A DNA stretch of 64,000 nt from Ramazzottius varieornatus. Taxonomy: Eukaryota > Animalia > Tardigrada. Position 1 is the stretch's first letter. Each line of letters begins with the position of its first letter. Location of the stretch: positions 186,001-250,000 of the forward strand of contig BDGG01000002.1 in assembly GCA_001949185.1 (NCBI GenBank). Direction: 5' to 3'. The notes beneath the pieces are model-generated. The model did not search any database. It had not been told where the DNA came from and was given only the letters and a program-made list of their open reading frames with translations. Below, one piece after another: positions 1-13,700 of this stretch. Both the position numbers and the translations under genes were made by a program.

Positions 1-678
1 GAAATGGTGCGATAAGTGTCCACAAGGTACGAAAGAGTATTGGCAATCAATACGCTGCTCAGCAATGGTTCCGGTGTTCAAATTCTCTTTGGTTTCGAGT
101 TCCGGTGGGAAGATCTCTCCGGCAGCTATTTTTCGAACTTTTCCTACGGTAATCCTCACGGGTATAATTGTGTGTCTATAGGTATCATTTTCGGTGATCT
201 AAATGAAGGCAATATTTTCCTGGAGGAACTTCCGGTCTCCTGTTGGGACAGTGCCGAGTATTACGTCAAGGGTATCGTCGACTTTGCCGACCACCACCGC
301 TGCTGTAGTGTCTTCGAGCTGGCCTTGTCCATGTGCTACATGATGCTGGAATCCTGCCGAAAAGGCACGGTGCGGCCCATCGAAGCCGGTGGTCTCGTTC
401 TAGCTGGATACCTGCAAAGCAACACCCTGACAGAAGGCGAACAACACATGCTGAAAATCTCCATCGAGGCGCGCTGCGTGCAGTCCTTGGTGATGGGCCA
501 GTACTCCTTCAAGTACATCTACCCCGACAACCTCTATGTCCTCAATACACAAACGAGCGGCTGGCAAGTCCTTCAGCAGCTGCGCCAACTGACTGCTAAA
601 GAACTGTGGTCCATCTGGGACCAAGTCCTTTCCGCCGTCAACACAACGGACGGTACGCTGACCAATGACCACCATTAA
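1..678 (+). CDS. HYKK: Hydroxylysine kinase-like / APH-choline kinase family phosphotransferase, 3' part (exon end 1-26, last exon 182-678)
   Basis: GT-AG intron 27-181 joins ..KCPQG to IIFGDLNEGNIF. Brenner-type xGDxxxxN motif, GIVDFAD, FELAL, AGYLQ, ARCVQSLVMG and a C-terminal GWQVL..W segment match HYKK/AGPHD1-type proteins. Confidence 0.8.
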
Positions 679-2777
679 GCAACGGACTATGTACTGTGAT
701 TCAGTCACGATTGTATTTGACGATTGTGTATGTGGCATATTTTCGGGGATTCCATTTGCTTAGTTTTTTAAATATTTTTGAAGGAGTGGGATGTGCGCTA
801 ATGATGAAAGAGTAAGCGAAAAATGATAGCTCGAACTGCGATGCTAAATGTGCGCTCGCTCTAACAATATAATAACCGCACAGTGTACAAGCCTGCAGAT
901 GTTGTTTTCGTCAAGTGTGTTTAATCCGCTTGACGACATGTGTCATAAAAGCGCATCATAAAGCTTGAAGGTTCGGTATCAGTTTCATCGGCGTCCATTA
1001 TGAGTTTATAGCTGGCAGAAGTATGAGGAACAACTATGGTTGACATGCAGGGCAATGAAACAGCTGCGCTATCGTTGGACTAGCCTATGCACGCCCATGT
1101 GACCACAGGAGTAACATGGCACAATTGACAGAACGATGATTCTTAGCACCGGCCAGAAATTAAAGCAAGGCAATGCTTAACGAATTCACTGACACCGTTT
1201 TCCTCAGTGAAGCACGACCTCAGCCAAGGCATAGAGAAGGTGCGCTACTTGGAAAGACAGTCAAGATCGACGAGAGTTTCCAACTGGCGCACGCTCTCAG
1301 CCACAAAACACTACCAACATGCGGTGGTTGAGATGACGACTTAGGCAGAATCTTTGCCGACATCTCAATCTGGAAAATCAAGCGAGCGACCTAGTGTCAT
1401 TTCAAAGAGAGTAATAAATTCCTGTGGCGAGTAGGCAGCTTGGAAGTTATTAGCATTCTTTTGTGGACACAATAAAGCCCCAGGTGTTAAGTGGCCGATC
1501 ACTGCTAGCGCTTTCATACCTGTATACGAATAGATTTTCAGCGCGCCATGATGGAAGCCAGTTAGAAGCCACCCGCTCTGTTATGTTATGCTTATCGATA
1601 CGCGGTCTGTCAATTTGCCAATGATTTGCCCAGCTTGTCAAAAGGTGTGCATTGGAGCCTAATACTTTCCTCAACAAGTGACAGGTGAAAAGAGATGAGC
1701 AGGCTACAGCTGACAACGACCGGCAGTTTATTGGGCAGTCGATTGGTCCACGACTGATCCGTGAAGTGCTTGTGTACGGCCCAGAATATGCTACAGTCAT
1801 ACAATCACTGCCCACTTCAAGTCGATTTATATGGGCAGCTGAACAGCTTCATTCGCTCATACAGACTGTTTTCCGATGGCCACGACAGTCTTTGCCAAGT
1901 ATCCTCGGCCTATAGTGGCAAATTTAGTCAACGAGCACTTGATTAAAACATCACTGCCCTTTCTTGTCATGCGCTCTTCGGCAACTTTCATCCAAACTGC
2001 CTAGACTAATCGCACCCAAGACAGGTCTTTCTCGTCGGCAGAGGGTTTGACAACCGAGGTTGAAAGTCTTCCATCACCGTAAACCTACAACCTCTCCTAC
2101 CTGGATATAATCATCGAACTGAGGATTCAATAACGGTAAGTCAACGCGTCCAAAATAAAATTTGAAACTTGCAGAATTTCAGACGGATGGTTCTTGGAGT
2201 TCAGCTAAAGGTCACGCCAGGAGTGAAGTTACAAAGCAGGCTAAATTGCGCTGAGTGCGCACAGAAGGTTAAAAACCAGACCATTGACTGGTCGCAAAGG
2301 GATGTGACCTTTAGGCCGTCTTGTAATGCACGTTTAGGTCGTTTGGTATGCATGGTGTGGCGGGTGATGGCAAACAAGTTTTTGGGAGAGGAAGTAGGCA
2401 GTCGAGGAGTGGTATGTTCGACGCTCAGCGACCCGTCACCGCCGAATAAGCCTCTTGAGCGAAGCTGATGGTTCAGTAATTAAGCAGTAGCGTGTCAACG
2501 CCATGCTTATATGATGGGCACTGCATCCGTAATGAGAAGCACAGCGAGTACATGTTTGGGTAGCTTGTCAAAACGAGTTATATTGCCTGGGTCGATCACT
2601 ACTTCCTTCCACCGGCCCTTGATCACAGTACACGATCTGTGCCAGTATATATGTATGAAATCGTGCAATCTTTCGCGGTTGAGATATCAAAAGACAGATC
2701 AGCATCCTTCCTCAACCATCCTTCTCTTCTTGCAGTTGCACAACATTGCCATCCATCATCGATAGCGAACGGACGTG

Positions 2778-5700
2778 ATGATGAATAATGCAGCCTTCCA
2801 TTTGTCCGGTGCTGCGGCGGCGGCGGCGGCGGCTACCCCGCGCCAACAGCCACTGATGATGTTGCCCTCGCACTCACCTCCCAATCCTCCCCGCCTCATG
2901 TCCTCCTCCGAAGCGGCCTCCTTCGGCATGGCTCTAGCCGCTAACAATGCCAACATGGCCGCTGCCGCCGGACTGGCCAACTCGGCGCTGAACTTTGGCG
3001 GACATCATCACCGTGACCTTTTGCACTTTGGCGCACTCAACCCGGCCTTCTCCTACTTGAACGGCTTCAACGGTCTACCGATGATGCAGATGGGCTTTGG
3101 CTTGTTCAACCAGCATAGCTTTATGTCCAAGTCACCCGGTATGGTCTCGCCTGGGTTCTTTGGACCTTTCGGCAACAACAAAGGTACCGAAGGGTGTGCG
3201 ATATGGCCTCCTGCAGCCTGAAGGTTCAATGTTGAAGAGATCGGTGCTTTCAATATAGCTCATGCTTTTCAGACGATGATGCTTCCTGGCAGAAAAGCAG
3301 CCCTAATACTTTCCCCGATAGTCCTCGCTCTGGCTCACGAGGATCTCCTATGGACAACCATCTCAGACGATCCAGTAAGTTCCTATCATGGAAAATTTCG
3401 ATGTCCGAAAATGGGCTGTCTGGTCCGCTACCACCGGAATTTTTTAGTGGCCAGCTACGAAGTGTTTGTAAGGGGGAGCTGGCCAAACGAAAATGACAAG
3501 ATCCTTTTCCCAAGTGACGCACCTTTGTATTGTTATCAACTTGGAGCGTGCGCCACTTGGAGTTCGAGCTCACTTGATCTCCCAAACGGCGCCTGTTGTT
3601 GGTGTTATCTGAAAACGTGCGTCACTGGGAAAATCAACCCCTCAAATTTGCTTGCTGACTTGCCGGATATCATAACATACTGATAACACCGTAGCTTGGT
3701 GTGGACAGATTCGAGTTTCCCCTGCGAGATTTTTTTGCCTTATACAGTGATAGATAAGAAGCATTGCTGGGAAGCACTTTGAACGGTTCACGGTCACGAG
3801 GATAGCTTTGTGATGTCGGTGCGTGCGGAGATCGCGTAGAAAGACGTTAATCGTGTTTGCCAGTAAGGTTTGAAGAGTGTTGTTTGGTCAACAGGGCGGT
3901 GCGGTGCCGCTGTAGGGAGGACAAAGGCCGCCATGTGGGGCCTTTGCATAATAATGACATTTTGACTCTTTGGGAGAGGTGTCGAGGGGTGCTTAGCTGG
4001 GGAGAAGGGTCCGTGTAAGGATGCTTCTTACTCAGCTGGAAGAATTGCCGAGGCATGCTGTGAGTGTTGGTTTGTGGGTGTCGCGGCCCAATGCCGCACC
4101 GCAGGATACCACCAATGCAACAGACTTATCCCCCACTCGGCTATTGTCGGCATAGTATCATGCAATTTCCTTTTTATTTACACTTTGGATAAGGTTATTC
4201 TCGACGGCCCAGTTCGACATAATGGAACGAGATGGTGACAGCTTGCCATACTTTCTCCAATGACAATTCAGATGGTTATTCAATCAGATGCAAACGAGTT
4301 AACTTACAGTCCGTTTGTCCAACCTTCAGCCAGACAGACCTTTATAAAGTTCACTTTAGACGTCAGCGACAAAGAGCCGTTTCGTTAGAACGGAACAACA
4401 AACTAACTCGACTGGACTGTTCTGTCAAGTGGCGCACTCTTGCAGCCAACAAATCGAACAATGTGCGCCACTTGACAAGGCAATCAAACCTTTGACTAGA
4501 AACCCTTCCCCAAGTGGCGCATGCTACCAGCCAACAACGTCGCGATTATGCGCCACTTGGGGAACGATCTATCCAGCTACTGTTTCTGGTGTTCCTTTGT
4601 TTGGATGAGCGGATCTTGGAACGGGGGGAAGTCGTCGTCGAGTTTATTGACTTGGAAAGTAGTTCTCTCTCTCTCTGTCTTCCCACTGTGAAAAAGTGAT
4701 ACGGTAGCGATTTAATTAAGCGTTACTGTGTGGCAGTGTGGTGGGTTGAATAGAGTAGGCTGGGAAGTTCTGATGAGATGGCGGTCAAAAGAACAAAGGT
4801 GCATAATTGAGACTGCAGATGTAAGGATCAATGAATTCCGGCTTCACATGGAAACTATGTGCAAGCTGATATTCGACACAGAGTTGATCCTGTACAACTG
4901 TCATTCTTCTCGCCCAGCCTTTACCCTCTCAAATTAAACTAGTCAAAGCTGCTGTAGCCAGCCAGAACACATTTCTCCGGCTTTATGATGAGTATACAGT
5001 ACCAGCTAGTGGTTCTGGCCACTGGGAAGGCCGAGCAGAAGCAAAGAAGCACAAGTTTTGCAAGTAAAAACTTTTGCCCCTCGGATCAAGTTGCGCAGGT
5101 GTTTTCAGTACAGAGGTTGCGATATCTGAAAGCTCGAACAATATGATCGTCCATTGAAATCGCGACAGACTTAAAAGGGCCTCGCTTTGCTCGGCCTGAC
5201 TAAAGCAGTGTTCCTATGCATGCGGCAGTGATAAAAGTTCAGAGTCGAGACAATTGATAACGATGAGCTACTGCACGTAGGGAAAAATGTCGGGATGGAC
5301 ACAGCTGGTCTATATAATCGATGGAGAATGGCGGGAATGTATATAGATGGACAAACAGTAGATATGCAAATTAATCGCTGCTTCATTCTTTTCCGAAATT
5401 AGGCGGAATGTGAAAAAGGTAGACAATCACTTTGGTGACATTGTGCTGTTGCCCTTTCATCGATATGATAATCAGCCTGCAGTGTGTTGACAAGCACGCC
5501 CAGTTCCCTCCACCAGTTGTGCGGGGACCTCACCCACCGCAGTGCCCTCAATGGCCGGCAATTTAACGCGCCCTGATAATGGCCCCTAATGATATGGCGC
5601 TCAACTTCATCACTATATGACCTGCCGAAGCCGTATAGACCCCCACAAGCAACACTCCACATCATTAGTTGACTCAGTGCCACCATCGTTAAGGCTCCAG

Positions 5701-8700
5701 CTTGATTAATTTAAACAGTCCACTCTTCAAACTTCAAGATGATACCATTAGCCAGTAGAAAGGTCCATAAGGAACATTCTTGCTCTCCCATCGAACCTTC
5801 GAAGCAGTTCTCGATGGACAATACTGCCAGCTGGACAAACAAAAGTTGTCCGCCAAGTGGCGCAGATCCTTAGCCATAAACACCGTAAACGTGCGCCATC
5901 TGGATAGACACTTTTAAGCACGACAATATCAATTTTTCCACGTAGCGCACATTATCGCTTAACAACACCACAGTTGTGCGGCACTTGGGAGAAGGGGATC
6001 TCGTCGATTCTATTTCCTGAGCTCCCGGATCTTAATAACATGTCTTTTGCTGTTAGACATTTGTGTCCACAACAGCAGAATGGTGCATCTAGCACTTTAG
6101 GGCATCTTGTAAGACCCAACAAGATTGTCCTGTAATTATGTTGTGCAACAGAATTCGTAGAAAACCTTAGTTGCGATTGTTCTTGTTTGAAGTGTTGTAG
6201 TGCGCGTGCAAAACAGGGCGACGGCGGCAGCGGCCGAGGTTGTTTACGTGGAGAAGAGAATGAAACGGAAAATACGATATCGCAGATATTGGTGTTAGCT
6301 GATATAACTGTCACTTTTGAGCACCACGTGGGGTCTTCATCCCACCGTGATATACGGACAGGGAAGACTGACTTTGAATAGGCTATGCATCGCTGTGCGG
6401 TTGTGCGCGAACCCGGCCGGAAATTTTCCACATCAGCGCGGGCTTTGTACAAGAGGTCGATTGAGCGGATTCTGATCTCGATAATGTCGTGATATTAAGC
6501 CCTGACGATGTTCAATACATCGACCATTGAAAGCCAGCTGAAAGTAGCCTATCCTCCTTTAATTCAATTGATGGTCTAATCGGCACAAAGATGGCCGCGC
6601 AGCGCGGTATGCATAGAATAGGTGAAAAGGCCTTCTTCACCGTTGGCTACATTATACTGTCACAGGTGTGCAACATCAAACTAACATTTACCTCTTCTCT
6701 CCGACACTTGTCTCCATCCCAGGAAAGTCTTTTGATTTCGGGCCCGCACGCTGCAATTCGATCTGTCAGCTACTTGACAAAGTACCTTTTGGTAGTTTGT
6801 ATAGCCTTGCCGAGGTTTTACGACCCATACAATGCGGCCTTTTAAACTGAAGAGGACGATCAGTCAGCACTCGAGAAATTGATTACCCCGCACTAAACAA
6901 TCTGCAAGTAGCGCAATCTGCCCACTTCCATCATCTTTATGGTTTTACGGGTCCTCTGCCACAATTCAGCCAAGTAAGCACGCTTACTGAGTCGTTTATG
7001 AAGGATAACAAGACTGTTTCCAGACCCTAGCTGATTCAGGCGGTGGCTAACATCACTGCCAATTGGGGTTTATAAGCAGCATATTGTTGACCTTTATGCT
7101 CTGCGGTAGCTTTAGACGCCATCGTAAAGCTGTTTTACGATCTTACATAGCCTGTACATGCTCTGCAAAAAAGAATACTCGTTGTCATGTTGAATGGATC
7201 GATGACAGCTGCCAGCGCGCCGGTAACGCATGATTGCCTTATATGGAGGGCGTAAAAGTGTTTTTTTCCAACGATTGCAAGCAATCACCAACTTTTTGCC
7301 TTTGCCAAAGTTTCTAGATTGACTTCAGAGCAGCATGCGAGATTGTAATCATGGCTGAGGACGGCAAAGGGTACGAAAGGGGGAGGCGTTTTAATCAAGT
7401 GGTTGTTTAAAGCTTTGATTGGTTAGACTTGGCTGGTAAAATCGATGGGGATTGATCTCGTCGTGGGCAGATAAGCTGTGACGGTAATCTGGTTAGCGCC
7501 TGCTGACAAACAATAGGGCTTATTACAGCCAACGTGTTGATTAGGAATTTGCCCCGATGAATTGAGCCGCAACGGAACGGGCGAATAAAGGCACAGCTTG
7601 CGCTTCTGCCTTGACTTTTGCCCGTTGCACGACAATCTTGGCTTGGATTCTTCCATGAAAGGGACAGCGGTCGTTAGCCAGCTGTGAAATGCCATTATGC
7701 AATCAGCCAATCTGCAACATCAAATAATAAATCACTATTAAGGCCTGCGAGAGGGTTTCTGTCGTATTTGTTGTGCCATCAGCTCATCAAAGATTTGATG
7801 CGCCGCTTTGGTTTATTCACACTTTTCGCGCCATAGAAAGAGGATTTCTTTAGCCACCTGCAAAGTGACAAATCCTCGCGGGAAACATCAGATTAACATT
7901 CCGTCAATTACTGCCGCAAAAACAGCCGCTTAAGATAACACGGCAAGCTGCTCTGGCCATTGTTCCAAAAGACTTTACCCATATTTAAGGTTGGTCTTTT
8001 TGCAGAGCTGCCCAAAGGCAAGTCGCCGCCTGAACAAATCGTTTGTCCGCTGTGCAAAGAGACCGTCGGTGGAAAGAGCCTCAATGAGCACTTCATGGAA
8101 GAACTCAAGACTTATCGGCAAGAACCCCTCAACACCCGCGTCGTCAGTTCCAGCTCCCCGAATACGGCCGAGCACACCGGTCGATCTGCGCACTCTGGAC
8201 ATGCACCCGGTGAAAACGATGCACGCTTAGAGGTACATGAAAATTTTCTGCAGCATCAAGGTTACGCCAACGACCGAACTCTAATCAGAGCTGGACAAAG
8301 GAACTCAGCAAAAACTGTTATCCCAAGCGGCGCACGCTTCCTCTGTTATCCGCTGAAAGCATACGCCACTGGCGAAAACGATCTTGTGGAATTTGACTGT
8401 TCTCCAAGTGGCGCACGCTTTCACTATTAATGACTGGTACTATGCGCCACTCGAAAACAGAACAACATAATCCTGTTCGTTTTCCCGCGATTCTTCGGAA
8501 GTCCACAAGTCAAGTTGACCTTTATTTGCTTTTCCAGATTTATCTGCGTGTAAGGGGTAATCGCCGAACAAGATGTCCAAGTAACACCTCAGCTTCCAGC
8601 TACCTGCCCGGTAACAATGCATCAACCTCTAGAAGGTCTTCCGCTTCCAGCTCTACCGGTTCTACCAGATCGTCGCCAGTCGTCTCTCACCCATGCGCGT

Positions 8701-9011
8701 CTACCAGCAAACGCTCGAAACACAAGAGAATAGAAGCAATACAGGTGGAGGATGCGGAAGTGATTGTCGATGTGGAAGTAGAAGATGATGGTGAACATCA
8801 ACGCGATGGAGCTCCTTTGCGGATAGATAGCTCACCCACTGGACAGCTGCCCGTTTCCGACAATAGGTCACCTCTGCACAATTTGTGGAACCAGTCCGAC
8901 TTGCCGCGCAAGAAAAGACCGATAGACACGGCGGAGGATTTTACGGAAAAGAAAAGCATTACGTCCACGCTCTTTTCGCCGTCACCGTCATCGGATTCTG
9001 CTTCCGTCTGA
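2778..9011 (+). CDS. RNF220-like protein (exons 2778-3183, 3273-3374, 8006-8232, 8538-9011); no RING found
   Basis: Phase-compatible GT-AG junctions (phases 1,1,0). Contains CPLCKETVGGKSLNEHFMEEL and RLEIYLRVRGNRRTR, resembling the RNF220 CPIC..L.EHM..EL and FLRVRANRQTR motifs. Ala/Gly/Met-rich N-terminus. Joining across the 4.6 kb intron is inferred from phase only. Confidence 0.65.
4426..4560. repeat. Representative tandem pair of the dispersed spaced palindrome CAAGTGGCGCA-N27-TGCGCCACTTG (period 85 bp)
   Basis: GGCGCA 4431-4436 / TGCGCC 4464-4469 and GGCGCA 4516-4521 / TGCGCC 4549-4554. Confidence 0.9.
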
Positions 9012-10727
9012 ATACGTACCGTAAAGTGCTGATCACAAGAGACACTTTTGGCACCGGGCGAGTGGAAATAATCCGGCCGGTACGGACAGTTTTGGCTGTT
9101 GAGTGTGATGTCATATCCATCGGCTGATCGGTGTACATTTAGCTCAGATATTTCACCCACTATCCGGGCGGACTTTTTAGACGGAACCGGTACCAGAAGT
9201 GTCCATTGTGATCGGCACTTTACAGCAGCTGCAAGGTTTTGTCTGTGAAGAGAAATCGTGTTGTAATGTATCCAAAGCGGAAGACATTTCTTGCTTCTTC
9301 AATTCCACTAGCGTACTGTGAGCTCATTCGTTTCCTTCAAGAATTGCTGCACGAATGTTAAAAATGATCGAACTTCCTGATTACTTTTCTTGCAAAATTA
9401 CGAGTTATAACGAGAACGTTCCGAAGCGCGATTTTCACTTGGCTTTTCTTCGAAAACTGAGGGAAATGTCGGTTTTTCGGTACCTGCTCATCGGCTTTCC
9501 CCGGCACAAATACCCATAATTCGATTGGCTCTTGGAGCCAACGCCCAAGGCTAAAGCAGAGTGCCTTCCGCCCCTTCTCGTCGAAAATTCGCTATGATGT
9601 CGGAGTCTAACAGCGCGCTTTTCATTTGCCTCTGTGTGATGCACAATCAGTTTTGGCGGGCTGGCCGTCTCTCGATTCTAATCCACATACCAGGCCTTCA
9701 CGATGACACGTGGCAAAGTTGGAAGTTTATGGTCCGACAAAAGTCACGTGCTACCTGCAGTAAGTTACGACGTTTGCTGGCTGAGGAGGATACTCTACGG
9801 CAGAGCATAAAAATGATCCGTTAAGCGGAACTGAACTGCAGTCAACGGAAGTTTCGGTCCGTTTCCGTTCTGGAATACCCAAAATTATTTCCGCTTTTTT
9901 CCGTTCGGTTTCTGACAGAATGACGTTCCGCTCGTTCCGTTCTGATCGGACTGGCTGTTAGAAACCGAAATAATCACGTAACACAGAAGTTAGATGATCT
10001 GCTGTACTTGAAGTGGAATTTGGTTGTGGAAGATAGTGGAAAGCCGAAGACATCGGGGAAAAATAGTTTACCGAAGGATGTTAAAGCCTGAATCTTTGGC
10101 GATCATAAACTGTTAATTTCTATGCGAACGGTGTATTTTAGTTTCGGTTCCGAACATCGAAATCTTCCGTTCAGTTCCGTTAAAAAATTTGCGATTGATT
10201 TCCGCTCGCTTCCGTTTTCGTGTTTTTGGAAAATGTGGATTTGGTTTCCGGTTTATCGAACGGTTTTATGCTCTGCTCTACGGCTTGCCTCCGCAAACAG
10301 CTGACTGCGTCGCATTCCATTGTTGTCCGTTATAATCGGCCAAACAAACGCGTTTCAAGTTTCAAGTTCAACTTTCAACTGTTTTCTTCTTCTCCACCGC
10401 TCAAAGTCAGAAAGTCATCTTTTATTTTCCAGATTTGCCTTCACTTGTTCTGTTCATTTGTTCAGTCCGGAGGCAGAGCTGGATGAAAGTCTTGGATCAA
10501 GAAGGAGTACTCCCGATGCACGAAAGCGTCGCGTCAACGTTTGATTTTTGCACAAAGATTGCCTCTTGCCAGCCGCTCTGTCTCCGTCGATCGCGCAGGT
10601 AAAATTCTCCTCATTCTCTCACTTCATATCCAGGTCTGAGCAGTTTTCCACACGACTCTATCCCTAAGGAACCGGGAGAAACACTTGAAGCTTGTACGTT
10701 TCATTGCAGGTGGTTAACAGCAGACAG

Positions 10728-13700
10728 ATGCCTCCTAAGCGTGCTGCTCGTGGTACGTCTGCCCGTGGAGCATCGCGAGCTGTTCGCGGAGGTGCTCGAG
10801 CTGGACAATGGATCCCAGGTAACACTCCTCAACCTCTTGGTCGGGGAGGACCTGCTGCATTTCTGGGATCAACTTTTTCAGCGGCGATGGCAGGTTTGGC
10901 AAACGTTGGACTGGACTTGTTGGGCATGCCAAACCTACAGCCAGATCCAAATGTCTCTTCAGCGGTAGGTTCATTGATTGATTATTGATTCCCCGACTGG
11001 ATAAAATATAGTGGTGACGTCACATACACGTGGTTTGCACTCCGCATGAAGCGCACTACATCACATGATCTAGTGCACAGTACTTATTCGTTGCAAGGCC
11101 ACGTGACACTTGTCTACCCGGCGCGCACGTACGTCACGTGCTTTCAAGTGTGACGTCAGCGTTCATTTTGTCAGTTGGATTGATTTGGCTTGATTGGTTA
11201 GTTGAGTAGCCTTTTGCTTTGCTGCCTCCATGGAGAATATCCTTGCTTTCCTACAGACGCTGGATGTCCATGGCCGACCTATTCCTGGGTCACATCCTGG
11301 AGGACGTCCAGGAACAGTATCTGCAGTCAATCCGGAAGAGGCAGCGCGTCTGGCCGCAGACAAGTTAAGCCACGAGGAAGATGGCTATGTCCAGGGCGAT
11401 ACCTTCATGGAGTACAAGCCCGCCAAACTCAAGATCGGCCTCCCTCACCCTGACCACATTGTCGAAACCACATCTCTGCGAAGTATTCAACCTCCTGACA
11501 TCAGGTGAGCATTGGTGTCCTCTTTTAGTACTGTTTGTTAGTATTATTGTCCGAGATACGCATGTAGATGGGCTATCGTTCGTGCACCTGGATACGGCGG
11601 ATGGATGTTTAAAATGATGCGTTGTAGGCAGGTAGCTGACGGTGTGCTTTTTGTGTGGCCCCGCTTGTTTTGTACACCTGCATATCTTTGGCTGTTCGTA
11701 TAACATGGCGCACGAGTATGCCGGTGTACGATGAGGTGTGGTCACCAGCCCTTGCCTTGCACCGGCACACACCGTGCTGCGTATTTGTAGGGTACAGAAC
11801 TACACAAGTATGCGGGCTGGTTTTTCGTGTTTGCGGACAATTTGTACGGTTGCTTTTCGCTGTAGGTACGATGTGAAGCTGACGAAGAGGATCATCGAGG
11901 AGGGGCTGCTGTCCAACCTGCAGCTGGAAGCTGTGACGTACGCCTGTCAGCAGCACGAGTCCTACTTGGGAGAGGGAACTCGAGCTGGCTTCCTGATCGG
12001 CGATGGGGCGGGTGTGGGCAAGGGTCGCACCATCGCAGGCATCATCTACGAAAACTACCTGCGAGGGCGAAAGAAAGCCATCTGGTTGTCCATCTCGGCC
12101 GATCTCAAGCTCGACGCCGAACGGGATCTGGCTGACATCGGAGCGGAAATTCCTGTCCATCGCATCGAGAAGTGCACCTATGACAAACCCATTCCTCACC
12201 AACGTGGCGTGTAATTATATCCTACAAGCTATTAGGAGTAAAAGTCGGTGATCGTTATGAAGTCCAGATTACGATGAAAATTAATGTCTCTTATCAGGCT
12301 TTTTGGGACGTATTCGGCGTTGATCGGCAAGACTAACGCCAAAGGAAGACAAAAGACTCGTTTAGACCAGCTGATCGAGTGGTGTGGGAACAAGTTTGAC
12401 GGCGTCATCGTCTTCGACGAAAGCCACAAAGCCAAGAATCTCTACCCTTCGAGCGACAAGACCAAGTCCACCAAGACTGGCCTGGCCGTTCAAGCGCTGC
12501 AGACAAGACTTCCAGGATCCCGCATCGTCTACGCTTCTGCCACAGGTAACGTATTTGTTTTAACCCAGTCTACCTAGACCATGACTAGGTTTCCATAAAA
12601 ATTTTTGTCGACATCTTTTAGGCGCTACGGAACCAGCGAATATGGGCTACATGTCACGGCTGGGTCTTTGGGGAGAGATGACGCATTTCACAAACTTCGG
12701 CGAGTTCAACGCGTCGATCGAAAAACGGTCAGTTCGACATTAGTATTCCAACTGACGGATGACGTCAGCTAGTAACATTGGTAATGTGTACCACTTGGGG
12801 AAACAATCAGACTGACCGAGATTGTTTCACTAAGTCGCGCACGCTTCCAGCCATTGACGCTAGACTAGTGCGCCACTTGGTGAGACGATTATGTGGAGTT
12901 TGTTTGCTGATCTCTCAGTTATTATGTTCTACAGATTTCACGGTTTTCGGATATTCTGTTAACAATATGTTTTTGTTTCATAGTGGTGTAGGAGCGATGG
13001 AGCTGGTGGCAATGGAGATGAAGTCTCGTGGGATGTACATTGCCCGCCAACTTAGTTTCGAAGGCGTCCACTTTCAGATTGTCGATGTCAAGCTCAAGGA
13101 CGACTTCATCGCCCTCTACGACAAATGTGTCGAATTTGTAAATCTGGCTTCTCTGTTCTTTCTGGCTTAGTCTTTTTAATCCTCCAACCAAATTTGTAAT
13201 GATAATTTTTTCTTCAGTGGATCGAGGCCGAGCGAGTGTTCAAAGAAGCCGCTGCTATTGCAAGATGTGGCAAGAAACGATGCTTTGTCATGTAAGAGAT
13301 GATTTGAAGAGTTTGAGGCGTTATATTTTACGACGAATTCTGGATCTTTCTGCTGGATTTTAGATTTACGCAGTTCTGGGCTGCTCATCAACGCTTCTTC
13401 AAGTACCTTTGTCTGTCTGCCAAGATTGAAAGTGCAGTTAATTTCGCTAAGCGGGCAGTCGAGGAAGGAAAGGTGAGTCCCAACGAAAAATTCAGATGCT
13501 GTGATTCTCTTTTCCTGGATTTAAACTTCAAAGGTATATTGAGGAAAGTGGAAAGTTGTGCTCGCTTTGTAGTGCGCTGTTATCGGCCTGCAGTCGACAG
13601 GCGAAGCAAAGACTGACCAGCTGCGGGAAGCCATGGAAGAGAAAGGCATCGAGTTGGACGAGTTCATCTCCACTGCCAGGTAAGCTTGCGATGCCTCTAG

